Assembly: GCA_965602565.1 (NCBI GenBank)
Contig: CBFCZM010000001.1
Span: 1 to 40,027, forward strand
Reading direction: 5' to 3'
DNA length: 40,027 bases
DNA from: an uncultured Anaerolineae bacterium
GTDB taxonomy: Bacteria; Chloroflexota; Anaerolineae; B4-G1; SLSP01
The notes under the pieces were generated by a model. It did not search any database. It was not told the origin of the DNA and worked only from the letters and a program-made list of their open reading frames with translations. The translations under genes and the position numbers were made by a program. Below, piece after piece: positions 27,422 through 37,583 of this stretch (positions are counted from its first letter, which is position 1; each line of letters begins with the position of its first letter).

Positions 27422-27491
27422 CATACATACAGGGCACCGCCCCAGGCGGAGCGGCATCATCGTCTAGGAAACGAATCAACAGCGACGGCAG

Positions 27492-29678
27492 CTATTCGCA
27501 GTTGGACTTGTCCGCAGCTGGTGCGTCCAACGCTAGAACGTCTCGCAGCGCAGGAACGTAATAACGCTCCGTGTACTCCTTCACCATGCGCCGCGTTGAG
27601 AACCGTGGCCCCACCGTGCGGATAGCCTCACGCATCATCTCCACCCACCCGTGCGGGATACGGTCTTGATCGCGATCGTAGTACAGAGGCACCACCTCTT
27701 CCTCCAGCACAGAGTACAGCGCGGCGGCTTCCACCCAGTCTTTGGACGCTTCATCATGGGCCTCAACCTTTGATTCGATAGCCCAGCCATTGCGTCCATT
27801 GTACGCCTCGGCCCACCAGCCATCCAGGATGCTCAGATTCAGAACACCGTTGAACGCAGCCTTCATGCCGCTTGTCCCACTCGCCTCGTTGGGTTTCCGC
27901 GGCGTGTTGAGCCACACATCCACGCCCTGAACAAAATAGCGTGCAATGTGCATATCGTAGTCCTCGACGAAGCCGATACGCCCGCCAAACCTCGGATCGC
28001 GGGCGCAGTTGTATATCTGCTGTAGCATCAGCTTGCCCGGATCATTGGCCGGATGCGCTTTGCCGGCGAAGATGAACTGAATTGGACGATACGGATTGTG
28101 TACCAGCGCCAGAAGTCGCTCGATATCCTGGAAGATCAAGTTCGCACGTTTGTACGTCGCAAAGCGGCGGGCGAAGCCGATCACCAGGGCATCCGGATCG
28201 AGGAAAACGCCCGAAGCCAGCAGCTGCGCCGGAGGGGCAGCCCGCGATATCCAATCCTGCCGGGCTCGTTCTCGAATTGTGGCGAACATCTTGCGCTTGA
28301 GATGTGAGTGAGCTTCCCAAAGGTCGCCATCGGCGATCTCCGCCACGCGCGCCCACAACAGGGGATCATCCTGATGGCGCACCCAGTCGGGGCTGATGTG
28401 CTTCCGATAAAGCCGGTGCATGGCCTCGCCGGCCCAGGATGACAGGTGAATGCCGTTGGTCACGTGGCCGATCGGCACATCCTGCTCTCTGCGATCCTGC
28501 CATAGATTGTGCCACATGGACCGGCTCACCTCGCCGTGGAGCTTGCTCACTCCGTTGGCGCGCCCGGACAGCGTGAGAGCCAGCTTGGTCATGTTGAAAG
28601 CGGTCCCATAGCCAGCGTCATGGCTGCCCAGTGCCAGGAAGTCGTCACGACTGAGGCCGAGCTGCGACCAGAAGCCGTGGAAATACTTGTCGATCAGGCC
28701 GAAATCGAAGGCATCGTGACCTGCGGGCACAGGTGTGTGTGTGGTGAAGATCGTGCTGGCACGCACGCGCTCGCGAGCTTCCTCAATGCTGTAGCCATGC
28801 TCAACGTACTCACGGACCCGTTCCAGCACCATGAAGGCAGAATGGCCTTCGTTGATGTGCCAAACGCGCGGCGCAATGTCCAGGGCTCGGAGTACGCGAA
28901 CCCCACCAATGCCCAACAGGATCTCCTGCTGTATCCGCATCTCATGATCGCCACCGTAGAGGCGGGCGGTCAACTGTCGATCCCAGGGCGCGTTCGCCTC
29001 CACACCCGAATCAATCAGATAGAGACGTGCACGTCCGGTCAGCACTTCCCAGAGCTGGAGGTGGATTTGACGGTCGCCAACATCGACCAGAACGGTACCT
29101 TCAGCGCTCTCCTGAGACACGATGGGCCGCAGCGCCACCTCTTCCGGATTCATAGGCGGATAGATCGCCTCTTGCCACCCACTGTGGTCCAGGCGCTGGC
29201 GGAAGTATCCCTGCTCATAGAGGAATCCCACGGCGACAAAGGGCAACCCCAGATCGCTTGCCTCTTTCGTGTGATCACCTGACAGCACACCCAGGCCGCC
29301 AGAATAGATCGGCAGCGAGCTGTGCAGACCGAACTCGGCTGAGAAGTAGGCGATAGGGTATTCGTTGAAATCCGAGTACGCTCGCCGATACCAAAGATCA
29401 CCATCCTTGGTGTCCCGGTCCATCTCCATCAGCACCGCATCAAAATCCCGCAAGAAGGCAGGGTCCTCCGCGAGTCGCTGAACTCGATCCTCAGGAGTAT
29501 CCCTGAGAATCCGCACCGGATTGTGACGGGTCGTAGTCCAGAGGGATCGATCGAACCGCTTGAAGAGGTCGCGCGACGGACGATGCCACGACCACCAGAA
29601 ATTGTAGGCCAGCTCCTCGAGTCGCGCCAGGCGGGGCGTTAGCTTCTGCTTAATGACGTCATTTGGTTTGTTGTCCAC
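27492..29678 (-). CDS. glgP: Alpha-glucan (glycogen/maltodextrin) phosphorylase, GT35
   Basis: PLP-lysine motif EASGTSGMKAAFNGVLNLSILDGWW and N-terminal YFSAEFGLH...YSGGLGVLSGDH, typical of the alpha-glucan phosphorylase subfamily. Confidence 0.9.
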   Translation of the reverse strand: MDNKPNDVIKQKLTPRLARLEELAYNFWWSWHRPSRDLFKRFDRSLWTTTRHNPVRILRDTPEDRVQRLAEDPAFLRDFDAVLMEMDRDTKDGDLWYRRAYSDFNEYPIAYFSAEFGLHSSLPIYSGGLGVLSGDHTKEASDLGLPFVAVGFLYEQGYFRQRLDHSGWQEAIYPPMNPEEVALRPIVSQESAEGTVLVDVGDRQIHLQLWEVLTGRARLYLIDSGVEANAPWDRQLTARLYGGDHEMRIQQEILLGIGGVRVLRALDIAPRVWHINEGHSAFMVLERVREYVEHGYSIEEARERVRASTIFTTHTPVPAGHDAFDFGLIDKYFHGFWSQLGLSRDDFLALGSHDAGYGTAFNMTKLALTLSGRANGVSKLHGEVSRSMWHNLWQDRREQDVPIGHVTNGIHLSSWAGEAMHRLYRKHISPDWVRHQDDPLLWARVAEIADGDLWEAHSHLKRKMFATIRERARQDWISRAAPPAQLLASGVFLDPDALVIGFARRFATYKRANLIFQDIERLLALVHNPYRPIQFIFAGKAHPANDPGKLMLQQIYNCARDPRFGGRIGFVEDYDMHIARYFVQGVDVWLNTPRKPNEASGTSGMKAAFNGVLNLSILDGWWAEAYNGRNGWAIESKVEAHDEASKDWVEAAALYSVLEEEVVPLYYDRDQDRIPHGWVEMMREAIRTVGPRFSTRRMVKEYTERYYVPALRDVLALDAPAADKSNCE

Positions 29679-29746
29679 GGTCCACTCCCAGCAACTGCGA
29701 CCCTAGCTTCTGACATGGCGGCGTGCGCCCAATCGGATCGAAGAAG

Positions 29747-30583
29747 TCACAGTCGCATCCACAACACTAATATGAGCATCAGCAGGCCGATCATGGCAAA
29801 TTCAACGATGATGCGCCGCGTCAATCGACCAAGCAGATGTTGGTACCCAATCCCACTCCAGACGTACAGACCCAGCGTCAACATCGTCGCTGCCGTCCAC
29901 GTCGAGATAGGCCAATAGCCAAGTACCCAGGCAAGTTCACTCTCCAGAACAGCGATCGTACCACTGTAGAGCAACACCTGACTGGTTTGAACCCCAGTCG
30001 CGCTCAGGAGGTCCAGGATCAACAGCCCGCTGAGCAAGAACACACCCGGCGCGGTGATCAGAGCCCGTCCCTGCTGCCCAAGAATCAACCTGAACAACAC
30101 GAATCCCACCAGGTAGTCTACCACGTTGAGAAGTGTGCGAGCTCCCGGATAGGTCGGGCTCCGCGGCGATAGCGCCTGATAGCTCAGATGCACCAGGAAG
30201 CCGATGATGGCACCACCCAGAATCAACGTACCCATCCAAATAGCCCAAGTAGCGGCCTGGATAAGGAACGCTGACACCAATAGGGCCCCCATTGAGGGCG
30301 CTATCAGGGCAAGAATGAGTGGACGTTCCTTGGTTTCTCGGAGGGGATGGTCCTGAAGGATCGAAAGCGTCCCGGTGGCCACCAGCCCCACCACGAGGAG
30401 CGTTAGGAGAGCACCACCGTCGAAGGTGAATCCCAGCGGAGATCCCAGAATCTGGAGCGCGCCCCAGTTCAGCGTGGGCAGATCCACAAAACGAAAGAGC
30501 GTCACGCTTGTCAAGGTCACCGCCAAGAGAACACTTAGCTTGCCCTGTTGGGGACGGTGTCGCTCTGTCACTTGATCTAGCAT
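29747..30583 (-). CDS. Polytopic integral membrane protein, unknown function
   Basis: 278 aa with about 8 hydrophobic helices and no recognisable motif. Sits between glgP and rho on the same strand. Confidence 0.6.
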   Translation of the reverse strand: MLDQVTERHRPQQGKLSVLLAVTLTSVTLFRFVDLPTLNWGALQILGSPLGFTFDGGALLTLLVVGLVATGTLSILQDHPLRETKERPLILALIAPSMGALLVSAFLIQAATWAIWMGTLILGGAIIGFLVHLSYQALSPRSPTYPGARTLLNVVDYLVGFVLFRLILGQQGRALITAPGVFLLSGLLILDLLSATGVQTSQVLLYSGTIAVLESELAWVLGYWPISTWTAATMLTLGLYVWSGIGYQHLLGRLTRRIIVEFAMIGLLMLILVLWMRL

Positions 30584-30684
30584 TCGGCAATTGTACCGGG
30601 TGGACAGCGGTTGTCAACCCCATATCCCACCGGATGGCAAATTTCTTTGCGCGCCCGCATCTCAGTAGGGGCAAGGCAACAGGA

Positions 30685-30714
30685 GACCTGGGAGACAGTG
30701 AAGTCTCCCAGGTC
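30685..30714 (-). terminator. Strong hairpin 3' of rho
   Basis: Perfect 12-bp stem gacctgggagac / gtctcccaggtc with a 6-nt loop, 15 nt after the rho stop. No clear T tract. Confidence 0.5.
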
Positions 30715-30728
30715 ATCGTACGGCAAGA

Positions 30729-32192
30729 CTATCCCAGATCGCGGGTCAGGACGTCCAGGAACTCCCGGTTTGTGCGCGTCTTGCGCATCCGCTGCAGCAG
30801 CGCCTCGTGGGCAGCCGTGATGTCGTACCCCTGGGTTGTCGTCGTTCCGGTCATCAACTGGGAGATCATCCGGCGCATCAACCACACTTTGCGGAGGGTC
30901 TCCCTATCCAGCAACAGCTCTTCGCGACGCGTGCCCGACCGGATGATATCGAAAGCCGGGAAGATACGACGTTCCTCGAGTTTGCGGTTCAAATGAAGCT
31001 CCATGTTGCCCGTGCCCTTGAACTCCTCGTAGATCATATCATCCATACGGCTGCCCGTGTCGACCAAACACGTGGCCACCATTGTCAGACTGCCGCCCTC
31101 CTCGATGTTCCGGGCCGCTCCGAAAAACCGCTTAGGCGGGTAAAGCGCCGCCGGATCCAGGCCGCCGGAGAGTGTGCGCCCACTCGGCTGCACAACCAGG
31201 TTGTAGGCGCGCGTAAGCCGTGTGAGGCTATCCATCATAATCACGACATCCCGCCCGATCTCGGTCAGACGCCGGGCACGGTTGAGAGCCATTTCGGCAA
31301 CGTGAGTCTGATGCTCCACCGTCTCGTCAAAGGTCGAACTGATCACCTCGGCGTCAACGGAGCGGTCCATGTCGGTGACCTCCTCAGGACGCTCACCGAT
31401 CAGCAGGACAATGAGATGCGCATCGGGGTGGTTTGCCGATATACCGTTGGCGATCTCCTTCAAAACGGTCGTCTTCCCGGCCTTGGGCGGCGAGACAATC
31501 AAACCACGCTGACCGAACCCCACAGGTGCTACCAACTCAAGAAGCCGCTGAGTGATCATCCGCGGCCCGGTGTTCAGATTGAAGGCTCGAGTGGGGAAGA
31601 TGGGGGTCAATCGCTCGAAGCGCGGGCGATGCTTCGCCAACTCAGGATCCATACCGTTCACGGCCTCAATGCGCAATAGACTGCGGTACTTCTCCGTGTC
31701 CTTGGGTGGCCGAACCTGGCCAACAACCATATCACCGGTGCGCAGGCCAAAACGCCGGATCTGGCTCTGAGAGACATAGACATCGTCTGAACCGGGTGCA
31801 TAGCGAGAGGAGCGCAGGAACCCGATCCCTTCACCCGTGATCTCCAGAATCCCGCCGCCAAAGCTGAATCCCTCACGCTCTGCCTTTGCCTTCAGCAGCA
31901 GAAGAATGAGGTCATCCTTCTTGAGACCGCTGTAGCCGGACACGTGATACTCACGCGCCAACTCACGCAGCTCCTGCAGTCGCTTGCGCTCCAAGTCCGC
32001 CATGTCCATCTTGCGAAGGCTGTCGGATCCCGATTCCTGTCTCCGATCCCCGCGCTGCTTGCCAGCGACCGGCGCGACCTCGACACTGTTCTCACCCTCG
32101 GGCGTTTCCAGGGTCTCAACTTCTGCTCCCTCGTCTATGAGTTCCGGGGGTTGGACCTCATCCTCAACTTGCACTTGCTCTTCCGGATCCAC
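30729..32192 (-). CDS. rho: Transcription termination factor Rho (with acidic N-terminal extension)
   Basis: Rho_N ([25 protein letters not shown]), CSD-like RNA-binding domain, Walker [19 protein letters not shown] and [13 protein letters not shown] start at 32192 with AGGAGG 6 nt upstream. Confidence 0.9.
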   Translation of the reverse strand: MDPEEQVQVEDEVQPPELIDEGAEVETLETPEGENSVEVAPVAGKQRGDRRQESGSDSLRKMDMADLERKRLQELRELAREYHVSGYSGLKKDDLILLLLKAKAEREGFSFGGGILEITGEGIGFLRSSRYAPGSDDVYVSQSQIRRFGLRTGDMVVGQVRPPKDTEKYRSLLRIEAVNGMDPELAKHRPRFERLTPIFPTRAFNLNTGPRMITQRLLELVAPVGFGQRGLIVSPPKAGKTTVLKEIANGISANHPDAHLIVLLIGERPEEVTDMDRSVDAEVISSTFDETVEHQTHVAEMALNRARRLTEIGRDVVIMMDSLTRLTRAYNLVVQPSGRTLSGGLDPAALYPPKRFFGAARNIEEGGSLTMVATCLVDTGSRMDDMIYEEFKGTGNMELHLNRKLEERRIFPAFDIIRSGTRREELLLDRETLRKVWLMRRMISQLMTGTTTTQGYDITAAHEALLQRMRKTRTNREFLDVLTRDLG

Positions 32193-32310
32193 GCTGTTCC
32201 TCCTAAGTGGTTATCTCTCTAACCATAGCTGTCTTCTGATTCAGTATGCGATCACTGGCTAGACACCCGCGTCGCGACGCTACCAACCAACACCCATCAC
32301 GCTGTCTCAT

Positions 32311-33156
32311 CTATGCGAGCAGCGTGGCCAACATATAGCCCAGAATCCCCGCCCAGAGGATACTGTCCACACGATCCAGGACACCGCCATGCCCCGGAAT
32401 CAGACTACCTGTGTCTTTGACCCCGACCTCTCGCTTCATCATCGACACAAGAAAGTCGCCGGCGGGACAGAAAACACTCACAGCAAACCCCAGCACGAGA
32501 CCATGCCAGAGCACCAGCCCGTGCACAGTCCCTGCGATCTGGGTGCTCAACCACGCCAGAAGGAGCCCACTGACAGGGCCACTCAGCACTTGAGCAGCAT
32601 AGCCCTCCCAGCTCTTCCCGGGGCTGATCGTCGGCGCCATCTTGTGGCGCCCTATTCGACGGCCCACAGCATAGGCTGCAGAATCGCCAATCCAAACCAC
32701 GCCACACGTCACCAAGAGCCACCATAGGCCATCTGGTCGTGCTCTCAAAGCAATAAGGTAGCCACCACCCGAACCAATATACATCCCGCCGGCCACCATC
32801 AGAGCCCAGAGCTCGACGGCACTATGCTGATCAGGCTTCTGCGTAGCCTGATGCAGCGCCCACAAACTCTGCGCAAGCATTGCCACGGTCACGAGAGGAA
32901 GTCGCCAAGCTCCCAGCGCCCATATGGCATCAGCCTGCCAGGCTAGGATGAGCAGCGCAAGGAGGGGATAACTCATCAAATAGCCCAGGCGACGAAACAT
33001 CCGCGCGTACTCAAGACCGCCTAGCAGCATCGCCAGGACGATCAGGAGCACGTACGGCCATCCACCCACCACGAAAGCGGTCACGACAAGAGGCAGCATT
33101 ACGGCTGCACTGATCACACGCTTCTCGAACAACCTATCCACGCCTCCTTCGGACAA
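32311..33156 (-). CDS. cdsA: Phosphatidate cytidylyltransferase
   Basis: Signature SMMKREVGVKDTGSLIPGHGGVLDRVDS in a polytopic membrane protein. The start is uncertain: TTG at 33156 is the longest, and in-frame TTG/GTG alternatives lie just downstream. Confidence 0.85.
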   Translation of the reverse strand: MSEGGVDRLFEKRVISAAVMLPLVVTAFVVGGWPYVLLIVLAMLLGGLEYARMFRRLGYLMSYPLLALLILAWQADAIWALGAWRLPLVTVAMLAQSLWALHQATQKPDQHSAVELWALMVAGGMYIGSGGGYLIALRARPDGLWWLLVTCGVVWIGDSAAYAVGRRIGRHKMAPTISPGKSWEGYAAQVLSGPVSGLLLAWLSTQIAGTVHGLVLWHGLVLGFAVSVFCPAGDFLVSMMKREVGVKDTGSLIPGHGGVLDRVDSILWAGILGYMLATLLA

Positions 33157-33510
33157 GGTCTATACCACTGCGGCCCACAAAGAATCGCGGGACTCAAGTA
33201 GCACCTGACGGCACCAGCAATTGCTTGGGGTCCACCTGACATGTGGAGAGTTGTGCACTACCTCGCTGACTAAGGTTTCCTGCTGGGCCTAGAACACGTA
33301 GTAGTCAACTCTGCCTGCCGCGTAGCAGCAAGCCAGACAACAGGCGCCTTGGCTGAAACGAGGCATACGTTCACTTATGGGTTACTGCGAACTGTGAAAA
33401 TGCTTTGATTGTTCGGCATCAAATGGGGAGACCAAGCCCCAGTCAGATGGGGCGTTCCCGGGGGAAGACAATGCAGATTACTGATTCCGGCACCTGCTAC
33501 TACCGACAAC

Positions 33511-34245
33511 TCAACTGCTCAGCCCACCAAACCGGCGGTCGCGTTGGCCAAAAGCTTGAAGAGCCTTATAGAACTCGCCCTTATCAAAGTCTGGCCAATA
33601 CAACGGCGAGATGTAGTACTCAGCATAGGCGCCCTGCCATAGCAGGAAATTGCTGACCCGGAACTCGCCGCTGGTTCTGATGATGAGCTCGACCTGCGGC
33701 TGGCCTGCCGTATAGAGGCGCGCGCTGATCACTTCCTCTGTGATGTCCTCAGGCGGGATCTGCTCACGCACGATTTCGCGGACCGCGGCCGTGATCTCTT
33801 GGCGCCCACCATAGTTGAAGGCAATGTTGGCAACCAGACGGTCGTTGTTCTTCGTGAGTTCAATCGCCGCTTGGATTCGCGACTTGAGGACATCAGACAG
33901 TGGAGCCAAATCCCCGACGTGCCTCAATTGTACACCATTTCTGTGCAGTTCGTCAACTTCTTTGTCCAGCGACTCGGACAGCAGGCGCATAAGGCCACGC
34001 ACCTCGGCCTCTGGGCGGTTCCAGTTCTCGGTTGAGAACGCGTACAGCGTCACCACAGGTACACCTAGTTCAACAGCTGCCTGCAGGACGTGGCGCAGAT
34101 TCTCAACCCCTGCGCGGTGCCCTCGCAGGCGAGACATGCCACGTTGGCGTGCCCAACGCCCGTTGCCGTCCATAATGATACCGACATGCTGGGGCAACCT
34201 GGGGAGGCGTGGGTAGGTCTTCTCAGCCGTTTTGCTCATACGCAT
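33511..34245 (-). CDS. uppS: Isoprenyl transferase (undecaprenyl-diphosphate synthase family)
   Basis: HVGIIMDGNGRWA, YAFSTENWNRP and RTSGEFRVSNFLLWQ. Confidence 0.9.
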   Translation of the reverse strand: MRMSKTAEKTYPRLPRLPQHVGIIMDGNGRWARQRGMSRLRGHRAGVENLRHVLQAAVELGVPVVTLYAFSTENWNRPEAEVRGLMRLLSESLDKEVDELHRNGVQLRHVGDLAPLSDVLKSRIQAAIELTKNNDRLVANIAFNYGGRQEITAAVREIVREQIPPEDITEEVISARLYTAGQPQVELIIRTSGEFRVSNFLLWQGAYAEYYISPLYWPDFDKGEFYKALQAFGQRDRRFGGLSS

Positions 34246-34409
34246 TCCATTGAACCACTTGAGTCTGTGAAGGAAAGCAAGAGGAGAGGCGAGAGGGCGC
34301 CTAAGGTTTCGGTCTCGCCGTCATACTAGCAACGAGCACGGTCTGCGCAACCAAGATAGACATCCGAACCTGACGATGCGGATATGTATCCCATTATACT
34401 CCAGAAAAC

Positions 34410-34967
34410 CTAGATCTCCATGATGTCGTGTTCTTTGCGACCACCGACATCACCGGCCTCGGCTACATATTTGTCCGTCAGCTCCTGAAGTTGATCCTGA
34501 CCGCGGCTGAGATCGTCCTCAGAGATGAGACCTTCGCCCTTGAACTCACGCAGATCCGCCAACGCATCGCGGCGGACGTTCCGCAGCGCGACCCGTGATT
34601 CCTCAACCCGTCGGCTGACTCGCTTGACCATCTCCCGGCGGCGTTCCTCGGTCAACCGGGGGACAGGGATGCGGATGATTCGACCATCGCTACTTGGGTT
34701 GAAACCAAGGTCAGCCTGCAAGATGGCTCTCTCGATCGCACCAAGTGACGATGGGTCGTAGGGACGAACGACCAGCAGATTGGGCTCTGGGGCGGAGATC
34801 ACGGATAGCTGGTTCAGCGGCGTGGGAGTGCCATAGTACTCAACCATCACCCGCATCACCAATGCCGGCGACGCACGACCAGTGCGGACGCTCCGCAGAT
34901 CCATCTCGAGCGCTTGCACAGTCTTGACCATACGGCCTTGGGTCTCCGAAAGCAGTTCCTTGATCAT
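34410..34967 (-). CDS. frr: Ribosome recycling factor
   Basis: 185 aa with LRSVRTGRASPALV, IRIPVPRLTEERRRE and RNVRRDA. Confidence 0.95.
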   Translation of the reverse strand: MIKELLSETQGRMVKTVQALEMDLRSVRTGRASPALVMRVMVEYYGTPTPLNQLSVISAPEPNLLVVRPYDPSSLGAIERAILQADLGFNPSSDGRIIRIPVPRLTEERRREMVKRVSRRVEESRVALRNVRRDALADLREFKGEGLISEDDLSRGQDQLQELTDKYVAEAGDVGGRKEHDIMEI

Positions 34968-35023
34968 CTCGGCCTCCTAGAGTAAGGTCAGCTTATCACC
35001 AGCGTCTCGGTTCCCGGGCGTCG

Positions 35024-35740
35024 TCAGCCGCCGATCAATGTACCGACCGACTCACCACGCACGACACGCTCCAGACTACCTTCATCCCACAAGTTCAACA
35101 CCACAATGGGGACTTGATTGTCCATGCACAACGTGATCGCCGTGGAATCCATGACTCTGAGCTGCAGGTTGAGGGCCTCTAGATACGTTAAGCGATCAAA
35201 CCGCTGCGCACTCGCATCTTGGTGAGGGTCTTTGTCATAGACGCCATCCACCTTCGTGGCTTTGATCAGAAGATTGGCGCCGATCTCTGCCGCACGAAGC
35301 GCAGCGGCAGTGTCCGTAGTGAAGTACGGATTTCCGGTGCCCGCGCCAAAGATAACAACGCGTCCTTTTTCCAGATGCCGCATCGCGCGCAAACGGATAT
35401 AGGGTTCGGCGATGGCGCGCATCTCAATGGCCGTCTGCATCCGGGTGACCACTCCTTCACGTTCCAGAGCGTCAGCAAGAGCCAGAGCATTCATTACCGT
35501 CGCTAGCATGCCGATCTGGTCCGCACGTGCACGATCCATACCGTGTGAGATACCGTCCAGACCCCGCCACAGATTGCCTGCCCCTATCACGACACCTACT
35601 TCGATCTCCTGCGAGTGAATCGCAGCGATCCGCGCCGCCACTTCCTCGACGCGTGCCGGATTGATACCATGTCCGCCGGGGTTGGAGAGAGACTCCCCGC
35701 CAATCTTGATGATCACGCGTTTGTACAACGACTGAGTCAC
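35024..35740 (-). CDS. pyrH: UMP kinase
   Basis: [39 protein letters not shown] and [13 protein letters not shown]. Confidence 0.95.
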   Translation of the reverse strand: MTQSLYKRVIIKIGGESLSNPGGHGINPARVEEVAARIAAIHSQEIEVGVVIGAGNLWRGLDGISHGMDRARADQIGMLATVMNALALADALEREGVVTRMQTAIEMRAIAEPYIRLRAMRHLEKGRVVIFGAGTGNPYFTTDTAAALRAAEIGANLLIKATKVDGVYDKDPHQDASAQRFDRLTYLEALNLQLRVMDSTAITLCMDNQVPIVVLNLWDEGSLERVVRGESVGTLIGG

Positions 35741-35772
35741 AATCCCCCCTCACTTTGAGAAGAGCCTGGGGG

Positions 35773-36378
35773 TTAGTCCCCCAGGCTGTGACCTAACTGG
35801 AACCGGGAGAATCGTCGGATGACGATGTTCTCGCCGGTCTTCGAGATCTGCGTCTTGAGGAGTTCCTCGATCGTGATGTCCTCATCGCGAATAAAGCTCT
35901 GCGCAAGCAGACAAACCTGCCCGAAGTACTTCTCCATCCGGCCTTCGATGATGCGCTCGACGATTCTCTCGGGCTTGCCCTCTTCCAGAGCCTGAGCACG
36001 ATATGAGCTCCGCTCGTGCTCAATCACGCTCTCAGGAACATCGCTGCGGCTGACATATTCAGCTGACATCGCAGCGATCTGCATCGCAACATCGCTCACG
36101 AAACCCTGGAACTCATCGGTCCGCGCCACAAAATCCGTCTCGCAGTTCACCTCAACCAGCACACCGATACGTCCACCACCATGGATGTAGGCGTGAACAA
36201 GACCCTCATTGGCCTCGCGGTTCATGCGCGTAGCAGCCTTGGCCAAGCCCTTGTCGCGCAGATAGTTGACAGCCTTGTCAAAATCTCCACCATGCTCTTG
36301 AAGTGCCTTGCTGCAGTCCAGAATACCTGCGGCTGTCGCCTCCCGCAATTTCTTAACCATAGCGGCAGTCACTGTCAT
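35773..36378 (-). CDS. tsf: Elongation factor Ts (short form)
   Basis: [24 protein letters not shown] (UBA-like N-terminus) and [12 protein letters not shown]. The start overlaps the rpsB stop (ATGA). Confidence 0.95.
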   Translation of the reverse strand: MTVTAAMVKKLREATAAGILDCSKALQEHGGDFDKAVNYLRDKGLAKAATRMNREANEGLVHAYIHGGGRIGVLVEVNCETDFVARTDEFQGFVSDVAMQIAAMSAEYVSRSDVPESVIEHERSSYRAQALEEGKPERIVERIIEGRMEKYFGQVCLLAQSFIRDEDITIEELLKTQISKTGENIVIRRFSRFQLGHSLGD

Positions 36379-37292
36379 GCCCCATCCTCCGTGTTGTCTT
36401 CGCCGCTATCGTCGCTGTCGGCGCTGTCGACGCTGTCGTCACTATCCTCGTAATCGTGATCTTCGTCGTCAGAGGCCACGGCATCATCCGTGTCCGAGTC
36501 CGTGTCATCATCCTCGAACTGGATGCGGCGCAGGCGAGCCAAGGTCTCGGCACTCAGATACTTCTCGTCCTCAGCAAAGATCTCTTCCTCTTCTGGAGCC
36601 ATTTCCTTGCGTAGCGCCAGCCCCTCGAGTGCAGCATCAGCCATCTTCGAGGTCATCAGACGAATAGCACGGATGGCGTCATCGTTGGCCGGAATGATGT
36701 AGTCGATCTGGTCAGGATTGCAGTTCGTGTCCACGACAGCAATGATGGGGATTCCCAATCGATCCGCCTCCTGAATGGCGGTCTCCTCTTTCTTCACATC
36801 AACAATGAAGACGGCCCCAGGAAGATTCTCCATATCCCTGATGCCGCCCAACCGAGCATTCAGCTTCTCGATCTCACGATCGCGCATCAGGGACTCTTTC
36901 TTCGTAAGCAGCTCGAACTCACCGGCTTCCCGGCGCGCCTCAAGATCCTTGAGGTGGTCGATGCGCTCTTTGATAGTCCGCCAGTTGGTCAGCGTACCAC
37001 CCAGCCAACGCTGGTTGACGTAAGGCATGTTGCAGCGCGCAGCTTCCTGCCGGATGCTTTCCTGTGCCTGACGCTTGGTGCCGACAAACATCACTTTCTT
37101 GCCCTGCGCCACGATATCCCGCGCAAGCGCGTACGCTATCTCAAGTGCTTTCACCGTCTGCTGAAGATCGATAATATGAACCCCGTTCCGTTCAGTGTAA
37201 ATGTACCGGGCCATCTTGGGATTCCAACGTCGTGTCCGATGCCCAAAGTGGACACCGGTCTCCAACAACTGCTTCATCGATACAATCGCCAT
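36375..37292 (-). CDS. rpsB: 30S ribosomal protein S2 with ~75-aa acidic C-terminal tail
   Basis: [29 protein letters not shown]. The preferred ATG at 37292 lies 9 nt after AGGAGG; the longest ORF starts at 37385. The tail is rich in D/E/S. Confidence 0.95.
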   Translation of the reverse strand: MAIVSMKQLLETGVHFGHRTRRWNPKMARYIYTERNGVHIIDLQQTVKALEIAYALARDIVAQGKKVMFVGTKRQAQESIRQEAARCNMPYVNQRWLGGTLTNWRTIKERIDHLKDLEARREAGEFELLTKKESLMRDREIEKLNARLGGIRDMENLPGAVFIVDVKKEETAIQEADRLGIPIIAVVDTNCNPDQIDYIIPANDDAIRAIRLMTSKMADAALEGLALRKEMAPEEEEIFAEDEKYLSAETLARLRRIQFEDDDTDSDTDDAVASDDEDHDYEDSDDSVDSADSDDSGEDNTEDGA

Positions 37293-37420
37293 ACTGCTCA
37301 TCCTCCTAAGATTTGTTTTGGGCCTCCGCAGTGTTCTTCCTGATTGGGGACCAGGATTCGCTGGCACCCCCCCGAACAGTCCCACTGCGTGTGTTTTACT
37401 GTGAGATTACCCAGCTGGAC

Positions 37421-37448
37421 ATTCTACCACAGAAGCCTAGTCCGACAA
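37421..37448 (-). promoter_or_regulatory. Putative rpsB-operon promoter
   Basis: On the minus strand: TTGTCG (37448-37443), 16 nt spacer, TGgTAGAAT (-10 at 37426-37421), about 130 nt upstream of the rpsB ATG. Confidence 0.4.
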
Positions 37449-37583
37449 CTGGGCCCAAGGTCTGGCAGTTCTCTGGGAGTCTGGTAAGATGTTGTCCGTC
37501 GTGCGGTCTGCAGGTGCCGATCCCGGCCTCCTACCCGCAGACATCGTCACGCAATCAAGATGCCATTCCTAAGTCTGGAGTAG

